A DNA stretch of 64,000 nt, taken from positions 32,001-96,000 of the forward strand of contig JBBRAE010000002.1 in the NCBI GenBank assembly GCA_038207085.1, read 5' to 3'. Below the pieces are notes generated by a model. The model was not told the DNA's origin. It ran no database searches and saw only the letters and a program-made list of their open reading frames with translations. Every line of letters starts with the position of its first letter. Within the stretch, counting starts at the first letter, position 1. This DNA comes from Armatimonadota bacterium (GTDB lineage: Bacteria; Armatimonadota; UBA5829; DTLH01). The translations under genes were made by a program, and so were the position numbers. Of this stretch, positions 8,541 through 22,069 are shown piece by piece.

Positions 8541-10286
8541 ATGACAGACCAGACTATAGAACAATTGGCAGAACTTCCCGAGCTTGAAAGCGTCAAGCTG
8601 CGATCTGACCAGGCTGCGCTGGTTATGGTCGGCTTTGCCGGAGTGATCGGTGTTCAGGTCGCGTTGATCGCTTTCCTTGCCGTGTTTGCCTGGCCATACA
8701 TGGAGACAATGGGCCGGGTGCTTTGCGCCATTATTGCTTTGCTCGTAGCATTTATCATCCTGCGAGCGCTTGGCGGATACCACAGCATGTGGACCGACCC
8801 AACGGGGCTCACCCTAAAGGGGGTCCTCAGACACAGATTTATACCCTGGATCGACATTGAGCGCGCGACCCTTCGAAAGACCCGCGCCGGGTACAACGTG
8901 CTCTCACTTTGGACCGGGCGCGGCCGGGTGAAGTTCAACCCCTCAGGGATAAGCGGCAGCTCCAGGTCTTCGGACGCGCTTTCGGCGTCGGTATTCCAGC
9001 ACCTCAGGCGTCTTGGGCGAATTGAAGGTATTGAGATCTCAGACTCGATGAAGAGGATTTGGGAGCCGGTGCCCGAGGACGTTCCACGGGAGCTCGACTG
9101 GACCTCCAAAAGCTCAAAGGGGGACATGGTCGGGTTTGCCATCGTTACGCTGATGCTTGGCGGTGGGGCCATCGGGCTGTGGTTTGCCTTTCCACTGAAG
9201 TTTCCGGCGTTTCTGTTCCCCCTATCGCTTACTTTGGCGTCTGCGGCGATGATCTACTGGTTGTTCATCCCGGAGGCCTTTAGAAAAGCCCAGATCGTGT
9301 CGGTACGGGAGGGGTATCTGGAGGCCAACACGTCGCTTGGCAAGGCCTATGTGCCCTGGTCGGAGGTCGTTGGCCATCAGTTTCTCCAGGGTGCTCTTGC
9401 GTTCTACTACGGGGAGAAGCGCCGTGAGCTTCGCGTGCCCTTCATCAAGGGCAACAAAGATAGCGAAGACCTGATCCTCGCGATCATCCGAAAACTTCGG
9501 ACCGCAGGCCTCCCGCAGGCGGTCGCGATTCCTGATATCATCTCACGCGACCGTTCTTCACTATACGACTCAAGCCTGTCGAGCCACGAACGGAGTAGCA
9601 AACTCGCCGCATTCATCAACACGCTGGACCCACAGACCAAAAAGCGCATTATGCCGCTTTGGCGGATGCACATCGGTGCTACGATGCTCGGTTTTCTTTG
9701 TGGAGCGGCTAGCATGTTCACATTTCCGCTTGAGCGGTTGGCGAAATCGCTTCACTCCACCAGCGACACCATCTACTTTATCATCCCGCTAGATATGGGG
9801 TTCGCGATACCTATGATGCTTGGGTTTGCGCTCGTTCTGGCGCTTGTGTCTGATAAGATCGCACGAAAGCGAGTTGGATCGTACCTTGAGGTGTGGAACG
9901 AACTCCAGAAGGTTGCTTCAGGCGGTAAGGCTGGCATTGTCTCGCAGCGGATAGTAATCGGGGTGGTTGCAGCAGCTGTGGTGCTTGCATTCTTGTATGT
10001 CGATGGCTACGCTCGGGTGACCGAACAGGGTATTGCGATCAACCGTTTCTTTGGTGTCGGCGAGGAGTTTCACCATTGGAAAAGCGTGACTAGCATTGAG
10101 ATCGAGGAGTCAAGAGGGAGCGAACGCCACTGCAGCAGCTATGTCTACAGGGTTCGTTTCTCTGATGGCAGAAGTTGGAAGGCAGATGAAGGCAGTGTCG
10201 GTCCACTGACTCGCCGAGACCTGGAGCCCGCAATTGAGCACATCGCGATAGAAAGCCGCGTAACCCCCACCTACACGTACAAATAA
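8541..10286 (+). CDS. Membrane protein with repeated TM-hairpin plus bacterial PH-like modules
   Basis: Three repeats of TM pairs followed by FIPWIDIE / YVPWSEVV / HHWKSVT motifs. Confidence 0.6.
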   Translation: MTDQTIEQLAELPELESVKLRSDQAALVMVGFAGVIGVQVALIAFLAVFAWPYMETMGRVLCAIIALLVAFIILRALGGYHSMWTDPTGLTLKGVLRHRFIPWIDIERATLRKTRAGYNVLSLWTGRGRVKFNPSGISGSSRSSDALSASVFQHLRRLGRIEGIEISDSMKRIWEPVPEDVPRELDWTSKSSKGDMVGFAIVTLMLGGGAIGLWFAFPLKFPAFLFPLSLTLASAAMIYWLFIPEAFRKAQIVSVREGYLEANTSLGKAYVPWSEVVGHQFLQGALAFYYGEKRRELRVPFIKGNKDSEDLILAIIRKLRTAGLPQAVAIPDIISRDRSSLYDSSLSSHERSSKLAAFINTLDPQTKKRIMPLWRMHIGATMLGFLCGAASMFTFPLERLAKSLHSTSDTIYFIIPLDMGFAIPMMLGFALVLALVSDKIARKRVGSYLEVWNELQKVASGGKAGIVSQRIVIGVVAAAVVLAFLYVDGYARVTEQGIAINRFFGVGEEFHHWKSVTSIEIEESRGSERHCSSYVYRVRFSDGRSWKADEGSVGPLTRRDLEPAIEHIAIESRVTPTYTYK

Positions 10287-10287
10287 A

Positions 10288-10324
10288 AAGTGAGCGGAAG
10301 GCCCCAAAAACCCTCCGCTCACTT
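10288..10324. terminator. Hairpin between convergent genes
   Basis: AAGTGAGCGGA...TCCGCTCACTT preceded by an A-run. Confidence 0.65.
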
Positions 10325-10345
10325 CACTCTTGATTTACCTTCGAT

Positions 10346-11668
10346 TTAGAACGTGTAGCCAACCTCTCCGTGCTGGCTGAGGTCGAGGCCCATCTCTTCG
10401 TCGTTCTTCTCGGCCCTAAGCGGCGAGAAGACGTTGGTTATCTTGAGCAACAGGTAAGTCGCGACGAGCGAGAACGCCGAGACTGCGCCGATTGCTATCA
10501 ACTGCGCGACCAGAAGCTTGGTCCCGCCGTGGAAGAGGCCCTGGTTTGTGACTGCAGGGTTGATCAGGGCGCTTGAGAAGAGGCCCACCGCGAGCACTCC
10601 CCAGATTCCGCCCATCCCATGCACCGCGAAGACGTCGAGCGAGTCGTCGTAGCGGAACTTGCCCTTCATCATAATCGCGAGGTAGGAGAGGCCGCTTATC
10701 ACGACTCCGATCACAAGCGCCGCCATCGGCCCGATGAACCCCGAGGCCGGAGTTACTGCCGCAAGCCCCGCGATCGCGCCGGACGCCACACCAAGCGCAG
10801 TCGGTCTGCCGTGGTGCAGCCACTCGATGAACATCCACGTGACCGCCGCGGCGCAGCCCGCGGTGTTTGTAGTCAAAAATGCGTTGAAGGCGATACCGTT
10901 TGCCCCAAGCGCGCTTCCGGCGTTGAAACCGAACCATCCAAACCAAAGAAGCGCCGTGCCGACGAGGGTCATCGTCAGGTTGTGGGGCGTAATGTCTTCG
11001 TGACCGTAGCCACGGCGCTGGCCGAGGGCGATCGCGCAGACGAGAGCGGCGATCCCGCTTGTGAGGTGTACGACGATGCCACCGGCGAAGTCGAGCGCGC
11101 CAAGCTCACGGAGCCATCCGCCCGGAGCCCAGACCCAGTGGCAGACGGGGATGTATACCAATGTAAACCAGAGCACGGAGAATATCACGTAGCTCTTGAA
11201 TCGCATGCGTTCGGCAAACGCGCCTGAGATCAGCGCGGGAGTGATGATGGCGAACATCGCCTGGAACATCACAAAGCCGATGTGGGGAATGGTCGGGGCG
11301 TAGTCGGGGTTCGGCGCCTGCCCCACCCCACGCAGGCCGATCCACTCAAAGGAGCCGATCAGCCCCCAGTGGTCGTGCCCGAAGGCGAGCGTGTAGCCGT
11401 AGACGATCCAGAGCACGCCGATGATCGCGACCATCACAAAGCTCTGCAGAATGGTTGCAAGCGAGTTCTTGCGGCGCACCATTCCTGCGTAGAAAAACCC
11501 CAGGCCCGGGGTCATCAGCATTACAAGCGCGCTTGAGATGAGCAGCCAGGCCGTGTCGCCTGTGTCTATCTTGCCTCCATCGGCAAACGCGGGGGCCGCG
11601 CCAAGGCCGAGTACAAGCGCGAAGATGGCAAACGCTCTTAGTTTGCCGAAACGTAGCAGTCCTTTCAC
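10346..11668 (-). CDS. amt: Ammonium transporter
   Basis: DTAWLLISSALVMLMTPGL, LDFAGGIVVH, WFGWFGFNAGS, DDSLDVFAVHG. Confidence 0.97.
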   Translation of the reverse strand: MKGLLRFGKLRAFAIFALVLGLGAAPAFADGGKIDTGDTAWLLISSALVMLMTPGLGFFYAGMVRRKNSLATILQSFVMVAIIGVLWIVYGYTLAFGHDHWGLIGSFEWIGLRGVGQAPNPDYAPTIPHIGFVMFQAMFAIITPALISGAFAERMRFKSYVIFSVLWFTLVYIPVCHWVWAPGGWLRELGALDFAGGIVVHLTSGIAALVCAIALGQRRGYGHEDITPHNLTMTLVGTALLWFGWFGFNAGSALGANGIAFNAFLTTNTAGCAAAVTWMFIEWLHHGRPTALGVASGAIAGLAAVTPASGFIGPMAALVIGVVISGLSYLAIMMKGKFRYDDSLDVFAVHGMGGIWGVLAVGLFSSALINPAVTNQGLFHGGTKLLVAQLIAIGAVSAFSLVATYLLLKITNVFSPLRAEKNDEEMGLDLSQHGEVGYTF

Positions 11669-11717
11669 CAGGTTGTCCTCCAGGGTGATTGATTCTTGTC
11701 CATGAAGAGTGTACTAA

Positions 11718-14972
<3,255 letters not shown>

Positions 14973-15062
14973 GGACTTCGTGCGGCGGGGAAGCCAAGTT
15001 ATGTTTCCCCGCTGCGGGGGTATACTCCCAGCGCAAGAGCATCAAGAGCGGAGGTATCATAT

Positions 15063-16523
15063 ATGGCAACACGTGGAAAGCCGATTCTCAGGGTCCTGCG
15101 AACTGCATCGATTGGGGTGTTGGCTGTTGCTGCGGTGTCGGCGTTGGTGGCTCGTTCACCTATTGCGGGCACTCAGGCTGATCCTCGGTCCCGGTGTCAG
15201 GACAATCTTCGGCGGCTCTCCGTAGCTCTCAGCGCTTACGTGACTGACTGGGAAGACGTGCTGCCAAACTCATCCCTCTATAGCCGCCGCAGGGAATGGG
15301 ACCCGGGGGCTTTCTCGGCGTTTGCCTCCGAGCCGGGAACTCTTCCCCCGGGGCAGGGGGCCGCCAAAGAGACCTGGCCGATGGTGCTCTACCCGTATCT
15401 CTCCTATGCAGGCGCTGACCCCGGTTGCTTCTGGTGTCCTGCCGATGGCTCCGATTCCTCCAAGGTGTCCTACTACTGGAAAGCTGCTGTAGATGCTGCA
15501 GGGTTTACAAAAGTTGCCCGAATTTCTGAGTTCGCTATCCCGAGCAGGCAGATGGTTCTTTACGAACGTCAGGGATGGCACTGGGGTGGGCGAAGCAGGG
15601 GACTTTGCGACGGGGTAGTCATCAACTGCGCCTACCTTGACGGACACGTCGCTGCGGTTCAGATACAAGACAGTGGCTACAGCCCAAAGGAGCGCCCCGC
15701 CGGGCCGCTTCCAAAGAGCGGAGTAGGGGAGCCTGCATGGTTTAACTTCTCATTCTTCTCTGAGAGTCCTACCCACAGCGTTGGGAGAAACATGGACCCC
15801 GGCGTCTGGGGGGATCGGCTGGTCGAGGTGAAGTGGCCCGTCCACGTGTCGGCCAAACAGACCAAGGCCTCCTGCCAAGAGAACATGAAGCGACTTGGCA
15901 CTGCGCTTGCGATGTATGTGAACGACTGGGACGGCGCGCTTCCAAGCTCCAGGCTCTGTGGAGACAGTCCGACGTGGAACTCTGCGGACTTCGCACGCTT
16001 TGCAGGTGTTCGAGGGAGCATTCCGCCCCGCGGCGGTTCATCGTCGACATGGTCTATGGTTCTTTATCCGTACACAAGGCAAGAGGGCTACCTCTGGTGT
16101 CCGTCTGACCCAAACCGGTTTGATGAGAACCCGTCCTGCGCGACCTCGTACTTCTGGAAGGCGGCGGTCGACGTGGCATGGTACGGCGGACCCGATGGCG
16201 CGGGACGAGCATTTCACAAGTTGGAGGACTTTTCGTATCCGGAAGAGCAGATGGTGCTCTACGAGCGGGCGGGTTGGCACGGAGCAAGGCAAAGGGGGCT
16301 GACAGACGGCATCACGATCAACTGCCTGTTTTTGGACGGGCACGCAGCCGAGCACGTGGTCCGGGAGAGCGGTTACTCACGACAGGAGACCCCTGCTGGG
16401 CCGCTTCCAAGGAGCGGAGTTGGGGAGCCTGCATGGTTTAACTATTCGCTGGGGGCTGATCGCCCGAGGTTTGACAGGGGCGCCAACTGGGACCCAGGCG
16501 TGTGGACGGACAACCTGCCGTAG
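15063..16523 (+). CDS. Exported protein with two tandem DUF1559/H-X9-DG-like domains
   Basis: Two copies of C..N...L..AL..YV.DW...LP / CP.D / SY.WK / INC..LDGH; N-terminal signal or anchor. Confidence 0.75.
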   Translation: MATRGKPILRVLRTASIGVLAVAAVSALVARSPIAGTQADPRSRCQDNLRRLSVALSAYVTDWEDVLPNSSLYSRRREWDPGAFSAFASEPGTLPPGQGAAKETWPMVLYPYLSYAGADPGCFWCPADGSDSSKVSYYWKAAVDAAGFTKVARISEFAIPSRQMVLYERQGWHWGGRSRGLCDGVVINCAYLDGHVAAVQIQDSGYSPKERPAGPLPKSGVGEPAWFNFSFFSESPTHSVGRNMDPGVWGDRLVEVKWPVHVSAKQTKASCQENMKRLGTALAMYVNDWDGALPSSRLCGDSPTWNSADFARFAGVRGSIPPRGGSSSTWSMVLYPYTRQEGYLWCPSDPNRFDENPSCATSYFWKAAVDVAWYGGPDGAGRAFHKLEDFSYPEEQMVLYERAGWHGARQRGLTDGITINCLFLDGHAAEHVVRESGYSRQETPAGPLPRSGVGEPAWFNYSLGADRPRFDRGANWDPGVWTDNLP

Positions 16524-16527
16524 TCTT

Positions 16528-16821
16528 TCAGGCAAACAGGTGATAGTATCCGTGCCGCTCGGCGACTTTCACGTCCATTCCAAAAAGCTCGGAGAGGCTC
16601 TTGCTTGTGAGCAAGTCTTCTTTTTCGCCGTCGCGGAAGATTCGGCCGTCTTTGATCATGATGACGCGGGTGATGGTCTTGATCAGGGTCGACTTGCCGG
16701 AGCCGTTTGGCCCGAGGATTGCGACGTGCTCGCCCTCTTCAATCCTGAAGCTGACCGAGTCGAGCACGGTCTTTTGCCCCAGACACACGCTGGCTCGGTC
16801 AAACTCAAGTAACGCCGGCAT
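16528..16821 (-). pseudogene. Internally deleted ABC ATPase (ModF-like)
   Basis: Walker A GPNGSGKST joined directly to C-terminal RVIMIKDGRIF...LTSKSLSELFG; no signature, Walker B or H-loop. Confidence 0.8.
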
Positions 16822-17904
16822 CTAAGGCCTGTGTTCCCGAACTATCTTTCCGACGAGTGCAAACTTCTCCATTGTGACCCCTGGAGGGCAGGAGTCGGAG
16901 TTTGCGAGGACGAACGGGCCGCCGCTGCAGGCGTCGATCACTTCTCGCACGTAAGTTTCGAGCTCGCGCATAGAGAGGTTCAGGAACTTGGTCGGCTCGA
17001 TCCCGCCGATGATCCCGCATGTGTCGCCAAGCGCTTCGCGGGCTTCGACGAGGGTGACGTTTCCCGTCGGCTCGGTCGAGAGGCTCTCGACTGCCTTGAC
17101 TCCGGTCGCCTTCATCGAAGAAAGCAGTTCGCGCACGTGTCCGCAGGCGTGCTGGATGTAGCTTTTGCCAGCCGCTCCCAAAATTTCGCAGATCGAACGA
17201 ATCTCGGGGGCTATGTAGCGGTTATACATCGCGGGGGAGTAGTTCTGGGTGCTTGAGTCCTCCCAGGTGATGAAATACTGATAATCGGAGCCTGCGGCGA
17301 GCCTGGCGGCTTCGAGGTCGCGCGCGGTCGCGGTTCGGATAAATGTCTCGACGGTGTCGGGGTAGTCGGCGAGCATGTAGGCCATCTCTTCGGTGCCAAC
17401 GGAGTGCTCGATCATGGACTGAAACGCGGTTTTCCCCCGGGGCATGGCCATTCCAATGGCGAGCCCTTCCTGCGCGAGCGCGTCAGAAACAGCCGAGTCG
17501 CTTCGCACTTCAAAACGGGTCTGCTCCTCCATCCAAGTCAGGACTTTCAGGTCTTCTTCGGTTTTGGCGAGGTGTTCGACCAGAAACGACGTGTTACCGT
17601 CGGCGCTGTACCGGACGGCGTTACGGATGGAGCCGACCGGGGTCTCGATCACGCTGACAAAGAGCTCGCCGTCCCAGAACTGCTTCATCTCGACGCCGGG
17701 CTGGGTCTGAGTGACAGGGCAGGCCGCGCCGCGCCATATTGGGTCGGCGCCGACCTCACGAAGAAACGCCGCCTGGCCCATATCCTGAATATTTTGGGGG
17801 AAGTTCTCCCAGACGTAGGCCAAAAACGGCGACCAGGGAGTGCGGTCTACCGGTTTGCCTTCAATTGCAGCTACAATGCGCTCGCGGGAAGTCATCTCTT
17901 TCAT
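16822..17904 (-). CDS. Uroporphyrinogen decarboxylase-like family protein
   Basis: MTSRER...AIEGKPVDRTP, HACG, IIGGIEP, FVLANSDSCPPG. Confidence 0.8.
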   Translation of the reverse strand: MKEMTSRERIVAAIEGKPVDRTPWSPFLAYVWENFPQNIQDMGQAAFLREVGADPIWRGAACPVTQTQPGVEMKQFWDGELFVSVIETPVGSIRNAVRYSADGNTSFLVEHLAKTEEDLKVLTWMEEQTRFEVRSDSAVSDALAQEGLAIGMAMPRGKTAFQSMIEHSVGTEEMAYMLADYPDTVETFIRTATARDLEAARLAAGSDYQYFITWEDSSTQNYSPAMYNRYIAPEIRSICEILGAAGKSYIQHACGHVRELLSSMKATGVKAVESLSTEPTGNVTLVEAREALGDTCGIIGGIEPTKFLNLSMRELETYVREVIDACSGGPFVLANSDSCPPGVTMEKFALVGKIVREHRP

Positions 17905-17912
17905 ATCTGCTC

Positions 17913-18557
17913 CTAAATCGTTTGGGATTCAGCCCATGAGAGAAAGCTGCCCCAAGTGTCAAAGACGCCAGCGGGGCTCAGCGTTTCGAGGTCTTCTCTT
18001 GTGCGGGCGCCCCATGTGACTGCGACCATCGGGACCCCTGCCGCGTCGGCCGACTCGTAATCAAAAAAGCTGTCGCCCACGTACACCGATTCTTCAGCCG
18101 TTACGCCAAGCGCCTGCAGGCCTTTTGTGATCGGCTCGGGGTGGGGCTTGGGGTTGGTGACGTCGTCTGCGCTTATCACTACTTCGAACTTGCCGCCGAG
18201 CCCGAGCGCTCCGAGCACGCGCGTGGTGCCCGCGGCGTTTTTGCTCGTGACAAGCGCGACCTTCAGGCCGAGGGCGTGAAGGCGGTCGAGCATCTCCAGC
18301 GTGCCGTCAAAGAGCCGGTCTCCGTCGGCGTGGTAGTTTCGGTAGACGTCGCGGTAGGTGTCCATAAACTCCTGATCGCGCTCACGGGTAAGAAGCTGAG
18401 CCTGCACAGTGAGGGGAATACCGATCCAGTTGCGCATCTGGGTCTCATCGTAGGGGAGCCCCATAGAGGCGCAAACCTCTCGGCTTGAGCGCAGGATCAC
18501 ACCAATCGTGTCGATCAGAGTGCCGTCCAGGTCGAAAAGAATAGCCTTTATACTCAT
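17913..18557 (-). CDS. HAD-IA hydrolase (PpaX/Gph-like)
   Basis: FDLDGTLIDT, VTSK, KPHPEP, YVGDS. Confidence 0.9.
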   Translation of the reverse strand: MSIKAILFDLDGTLIDTIGVILRSSREVCASMGLPYDETQMRNWIGIPLTVQAQLLTRERDQEFMDTYRDVYRNYHADGDRLFDGTLEMLDRLHALGLKVALVTSKNAAGTTRVLGALGLGGKFEVVISADDVTNPKPHPEPITKGLQALGVTAEESVYVGDSFFDYESADAAGVPMVAVTWGARTREDLETLSPAGVFDTWGSFLSWAESQTI

Positions 18558-18630
18558 AACGATGAGATTATAGCACTAGCTGTTGGCTTTTAGCTATCAG
18601 CAGTTAGCTTTGTCGTGGTAAACTTGAATT

Positions 18631-19632
18631 ATGGACGCACTTGATAGGCAGTTGCTGAACACTATACAGACGGAGTTTCCCCTGGTTCCCAGGCCGTTCC
18701 AGGCGATCGGCGAGAGGCTTGGGGTGGGGGAGGATGAAGTTCTCTCGCGGCTCGCGGCATTGAAAGAGGCGCGCATTATTCGACAGATCAGCGCGATCTT
18801 TGACTCAAGGGCGCTCGGCTACAGAAGCTCGCTTGTGGCGTTTAGCGTGCAGGCGGACAGGGTAGAAGAAACTGCAGAGACAGTTAGCGGGCACCGGGGA
18901 GTCAGTCACAACTACGAGCGGAGCCACGCCTACAACCTCTGGTTTACTATCACCGTGCCACCGGGAACGACAGTGGAGTCGGAAGTGGAAAAGCTTGCAC
19001 GTGCGACTCGCCCTGCGTCTTATCGAATATTCCCGACGGTGCGGCTTTTCAAGATCGGGGTGGCTTTCGATATGACTGGTGAGCAGAATAGGGGTTCAAC
19101 CAACACCGCGCTTGCGCCGGATGAACCGGTGGAGCTCGATGACCAGGATATTTTGGCGGTGAGGGCGCTTCAGCGGGATCTGCCGCTCGTTTCGCGGCCG
19201 TTTGCGACGCTTGCGGAGTCCGTCGATATGGAAGAGGATGAAATCCTCGACCGGGCGCAGAAGTTCCTGCTCGAAGGGGCGATGCGCAGGTATGCGGCGG
19301 TTCTTCGCCATAGAGAAGCGGGGTTTACTGCAAACGCGATGGCCGCGTGGGTCGTCCCGAGCGAGAGAATCGACGAGATCGCGCCCAAAATGGCCGAGCA
19401 CTCGGCCGTCAGCCACTGCTACCAGCGCCCGACGTACCCCGACTGGCCGTTTTCTATCTTTACAATGATTCACGGGCGCACAAACGAGGATTGCGAACGG
19501 GTGATTGCTGAGATTTCCGATGCGACCGGAGTCTCAGACTACGTCCTGCTCTACAGCACCCGTGAGTTCAAGAAAGCCAGGGTGCAGTATTATGAGCCAG
19601 ACGAAGATCGAGTGGCAGAGCTGGAGCGCTGA
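18631..19632 (+). CDS. Fused siroheme decarboxylase AhbA-AhbB (NirDL/GH-like, AsnC fold)
   Basis: Two units: QTEFPLVPRPF...VSHNYERSHAYNLWFT and LQRDLPLVSRPF...VSHCYQRPTYPDWPFSIFTMIHG...YSTREFKK. Confidence 0.85.
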   Translation: MDALDRQLLNTIQTEFPLVPRPFQAIGERLGVGEDEVLSRLAALKEARIIRQISAIFDSRALGYRSSLVAFSVQADRVEETAETVSGHRGVSHNYERSHAYNLWFTITVPPGTTVESEVEKLARATRPASYRIFPTVRLFKIGVAFDMTGEQNRGSTNTALAPDEPVELDDQDILAVRALQRDLPLVSRPFATLAESVDMEEDEILDRAQKFLLEGAMRRYAAVLRHREAGFTANAMAAWVVPSERIDEIAPKMAEHSAVSHCYQRPTYPDWPFSIFTMIHGRTNEDCERVIAEISDATGVSDYVLLYSTREFKKARVQYYEPDEDRVAELER

Positions 19633-21082
19633 ATCGCTCGAACGCGCGAACCGGGAGGAAAAGCCGGTCCTGCTCGCTATCACCGCGACCTGGTGCCACT
19701 GGTGCCATGTGATGGAGCAGACCACCTTCGGGCATGACGAGGTCGCGGCTTACGTCAACTCCCACTTCGTCCCAATTCGCGCCGACAACGACCGCAGGCC
19801 TGACCTAAACTCCCGCTACAATATGGGAGGCTGGCCGACAGTCGCCTTCCTGCTCCCCGGCGGCGAAATCCTGACCGGGGCGACCTACCTTCCCCCACGG
19901 CAATTGTTGGATATGATGGCGCTTGTCGCCGATACCTACGCCCGTGACCGCGAAGGGCTTGCGAGGCGCGCGGCGGAGTTGCTCGCCGAGCAGCAGGAGT
20001 CGGTATCTTCACCCGGCAGGGAGATCGACCAAAGCGTCTACGACGACACGCTTCGCTCTGTCGAGTCGGTGTTTGACGCGCTCCACGGAGGGTTTGGGAT
20101 CGAGCCCAAGTTCCCGCATGTGCCCGCGCTTGAGATGCTGCTTTTGGACTACCAGCGCACCGGAAACCCACGTCACCTTGAGATAGCCGCGCGCACGCTT
20201 CGGGCGATGGGCGAGGGTGGGGTGTTCGACACCGAGGAAGGCGGGTTTTTCAGATACTCGACGACCCGGGACTGGTCGGTTCCGCACTATGAAAAGATGC
20301 TCGAAGACAACTCCCTGCTCCTTGGCGTTTACATGGAGGCATATTCGATCACCCGCGATGACTTTTTCAAGCATATCGCCGACGAGATCACCCGGTACCT
20401 CGAAACCGTGCTTCTGGACCCCAAGACCGGCGCGTTTTTCGGAAGCCAGGACGCCGATGAGGAGTACTACAAGCTCGGGATGGAGGAGCGGACCAAGCGG
20501 GATGCGCCATCGGTCGACCGCGCGATCTATGCCAACTGGAACGGCATGGCAGCCGACGCCTGCCTTCGCGCCTATCAGCTGACAAACGAGCAGAACTACC
20601 TCGATCGGGCGCTTGGGGCGATTGCGTTCGTTACTGAGAATATGCGCGACGGCGGGATGTTTTTCCACTATTACGAGAGCGAGCCAGGGGGGGCGGGTAT
20701 TCTATCCGATCAGATATGGATGGGGACGGCGCTTCTTCGGGCTTTTGAGGTCACGGGCGAGCGGGAGTATCTTGAGCTCGCAAGAATCTCCGGCGACGCG
20801 ATCATCACGCGATTTTCTGACGCCGTGGGAGGGTTTTTCGACATAACCGAGGAGCGCCGAACAGTGGAGAAGCTGCCGCAGCGCGAAAAATCGATCGATG
20901 AAGCTGCCTACGCCTCCCGTTTCCTGACCAGACTTGCGGCCAAGGCCGGGCATGACCCATATCGCGACGCCGCAGATCGAGCCCTTCGCGCGTTTGCGAG
21001 GGCCTACTCAGCCTACGGCCTGCAGGCTGCGGCTTATGCGACTGCGGTTAGGGAGGGGTTGGAGGTTGGGGGATTTGGCTAG
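19592..21082 (+). CDS. DUF255/YyaL-like thioredoxin-domain protein
   Basis: IEWQSWS...WCHWCHVME, GGWP, GGFG..PKFP, PHYEKMLEDN, SQDAD; start trimmed to MSQTKIEW. Confidence 0.85.
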   Translation: MSQTKIEWQSWSAESLERANREEKPVLLAITATWCHWCHVMEQTTFGHDEVAAYVNSHFVPIRADNDRRPDLNSRYNMGGWPTVAFLLPGGEILTGATYLPPRQLLDMMALVADTYARDREGLARRAAELLAEQQESVSSPGREIDQSVYDDTLRSVESVFDALHGGFGIEPKFPHVPALEMLLLDYQRTGNPRHLEIAARTLRAMGEGGVFDTEEGGFFRYSTTRDWSVPHYEKMLEDNSLLLGVYMEAYSITRDDFFKHIADEITRYLETVLLDPKTGAFFGSQDADEEYYKLGMEERTKRDAPSVDRAIYANWNGMAADACLRAYQLTNEQNYLDRALGAIAFVTENMRDGGMFFHYYESEPGGAGILSDQIWMGTALLRAFEVTGEREYLELARISGDAIITRFSDAVGGFFDITEERRTVEKLPQREKSIDEAAYASRFLTRLAAKAGHDPYRDAADRALRAFARAYSAYGLQAAAYATAVREGLEVGGFG

Positions 21083-21207
21083 CTTCTCTTTGCTGTAGCA
21101 CGTCGATGGTTTTGCCTATCGCACCCTTCGAGAGCCTCAGGGTGATTGGTATTGGCTTGGGTGGATGTGTGGGAGCGACCACCAATCCCCCCGAAGCCAA
21201 TCCCAAA

Positions 21208-21960
21208 CTACTTGATCTGGAAAAGCGCAGGCGACACGCCGGTGTTGATCTTCAGGTTCTTCATCTCGATCGAGCCCGCGCTGCCGCCGTCGGCTGAGAG
21301 GACATTGACCTTTGTCGCGACCGGCATCTTGCCCAAGGTCTTGTGAGCCGAGTAGATGCTTCGGCTGCGGAGTTTGCCGTCGCCCTTGTAGCGCTCGCGC
21401 GTGAGCACCTTCAGAGTCTTCGAGTCGAGCGCGACGATCTCGTGGCGCTGGCCGTCGTCACCCTTGGGATTCAGCCGCAGCTTGATTGTGCCGTTGGACT
21501 GCGAGAGGATCTTGACGTTGAAGTCCCTCCAAAGCGTGTCTGAAGCAAAGCCCAGGTCAAGTGTGGTCTGCTTGCGTGAGCGCTCATCCGCGAGGTCGTC
21601 GGTCTTCTTGAGCATCATCGATGGTGCGAGCACCTGCTTGATGTTGCCGTTTAGCACGTAGCTTACGTCGACCCCCTTGGCATTCCCCTGTGCGCGGAAC
21701 TTGTCGGGGCGGATGTAAAAGACCTCGGCGTCGCGGAAACCGTAGTCGAGGAACTCTAGAATCCCTTTGTTGATCTCTTTGGCCTCGGAGCGGCTTGCGG
21801 GGTGGACGAGCATCGTGCCGCGAAGGTCTCGTATCGATGAACTTGCGGTGGCGAGGCGTGCGCGCAGCCCGTCGACGTTTTCGGCATGAAGCGCCGATGC
21901 GGCGAGAGCGGCGAGCGATAAGATAAGCGCGGCGCGGCGCAGGATAGCTGATTTGGTCAT
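21208..21960 (-). CDS. LolA-like / outer-membrane lipoprotein-sorting family protein
   Basis: Signal peptide, FYIRPDKFR, C-terminal NLKINTGVSPALF; start trimmed to MTKSAIL. Confidence 0.65.
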   Translation of the reverse strand: MTKSAILRRAALILSLAALAASALHAENVDGLRARLATASSSIRDLRGTMLVHPASRSEAKEINKGILEFLDYGFRDAEVFYIRPDKFRAQGNAKGVDVSYVLNGNIKQVLAPSMMLKKTDDLADERSRKQTTLDLGFASDTLWRDFNVKILSQSNGTIKLRLNPKGDDGQRHEIVALDSKTLKVLTRERYKGDGKLRSRSIYSAHKTLGKMPVATKVNVLSADGGSAGSIEMKNLKINTGVSPALFQIK

Positions 21961-22069
21961 TTTACAGGACTCCTTGTGTGTTCCATTATCCCAATACGGA
22001 CAATTTTGCAGGCGCGTTGTTTTGCCTCTATAAAGACTTAGACGCACGCGGGCGAAAAATGTTGCGGGG

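Noticed and set aside
15702..16443. Diversity-generating retroelement TR/VR pair
   Set aside because: Both copies are in-frame parts of a domain duplication, and there is no reverse transcriptase in the window.
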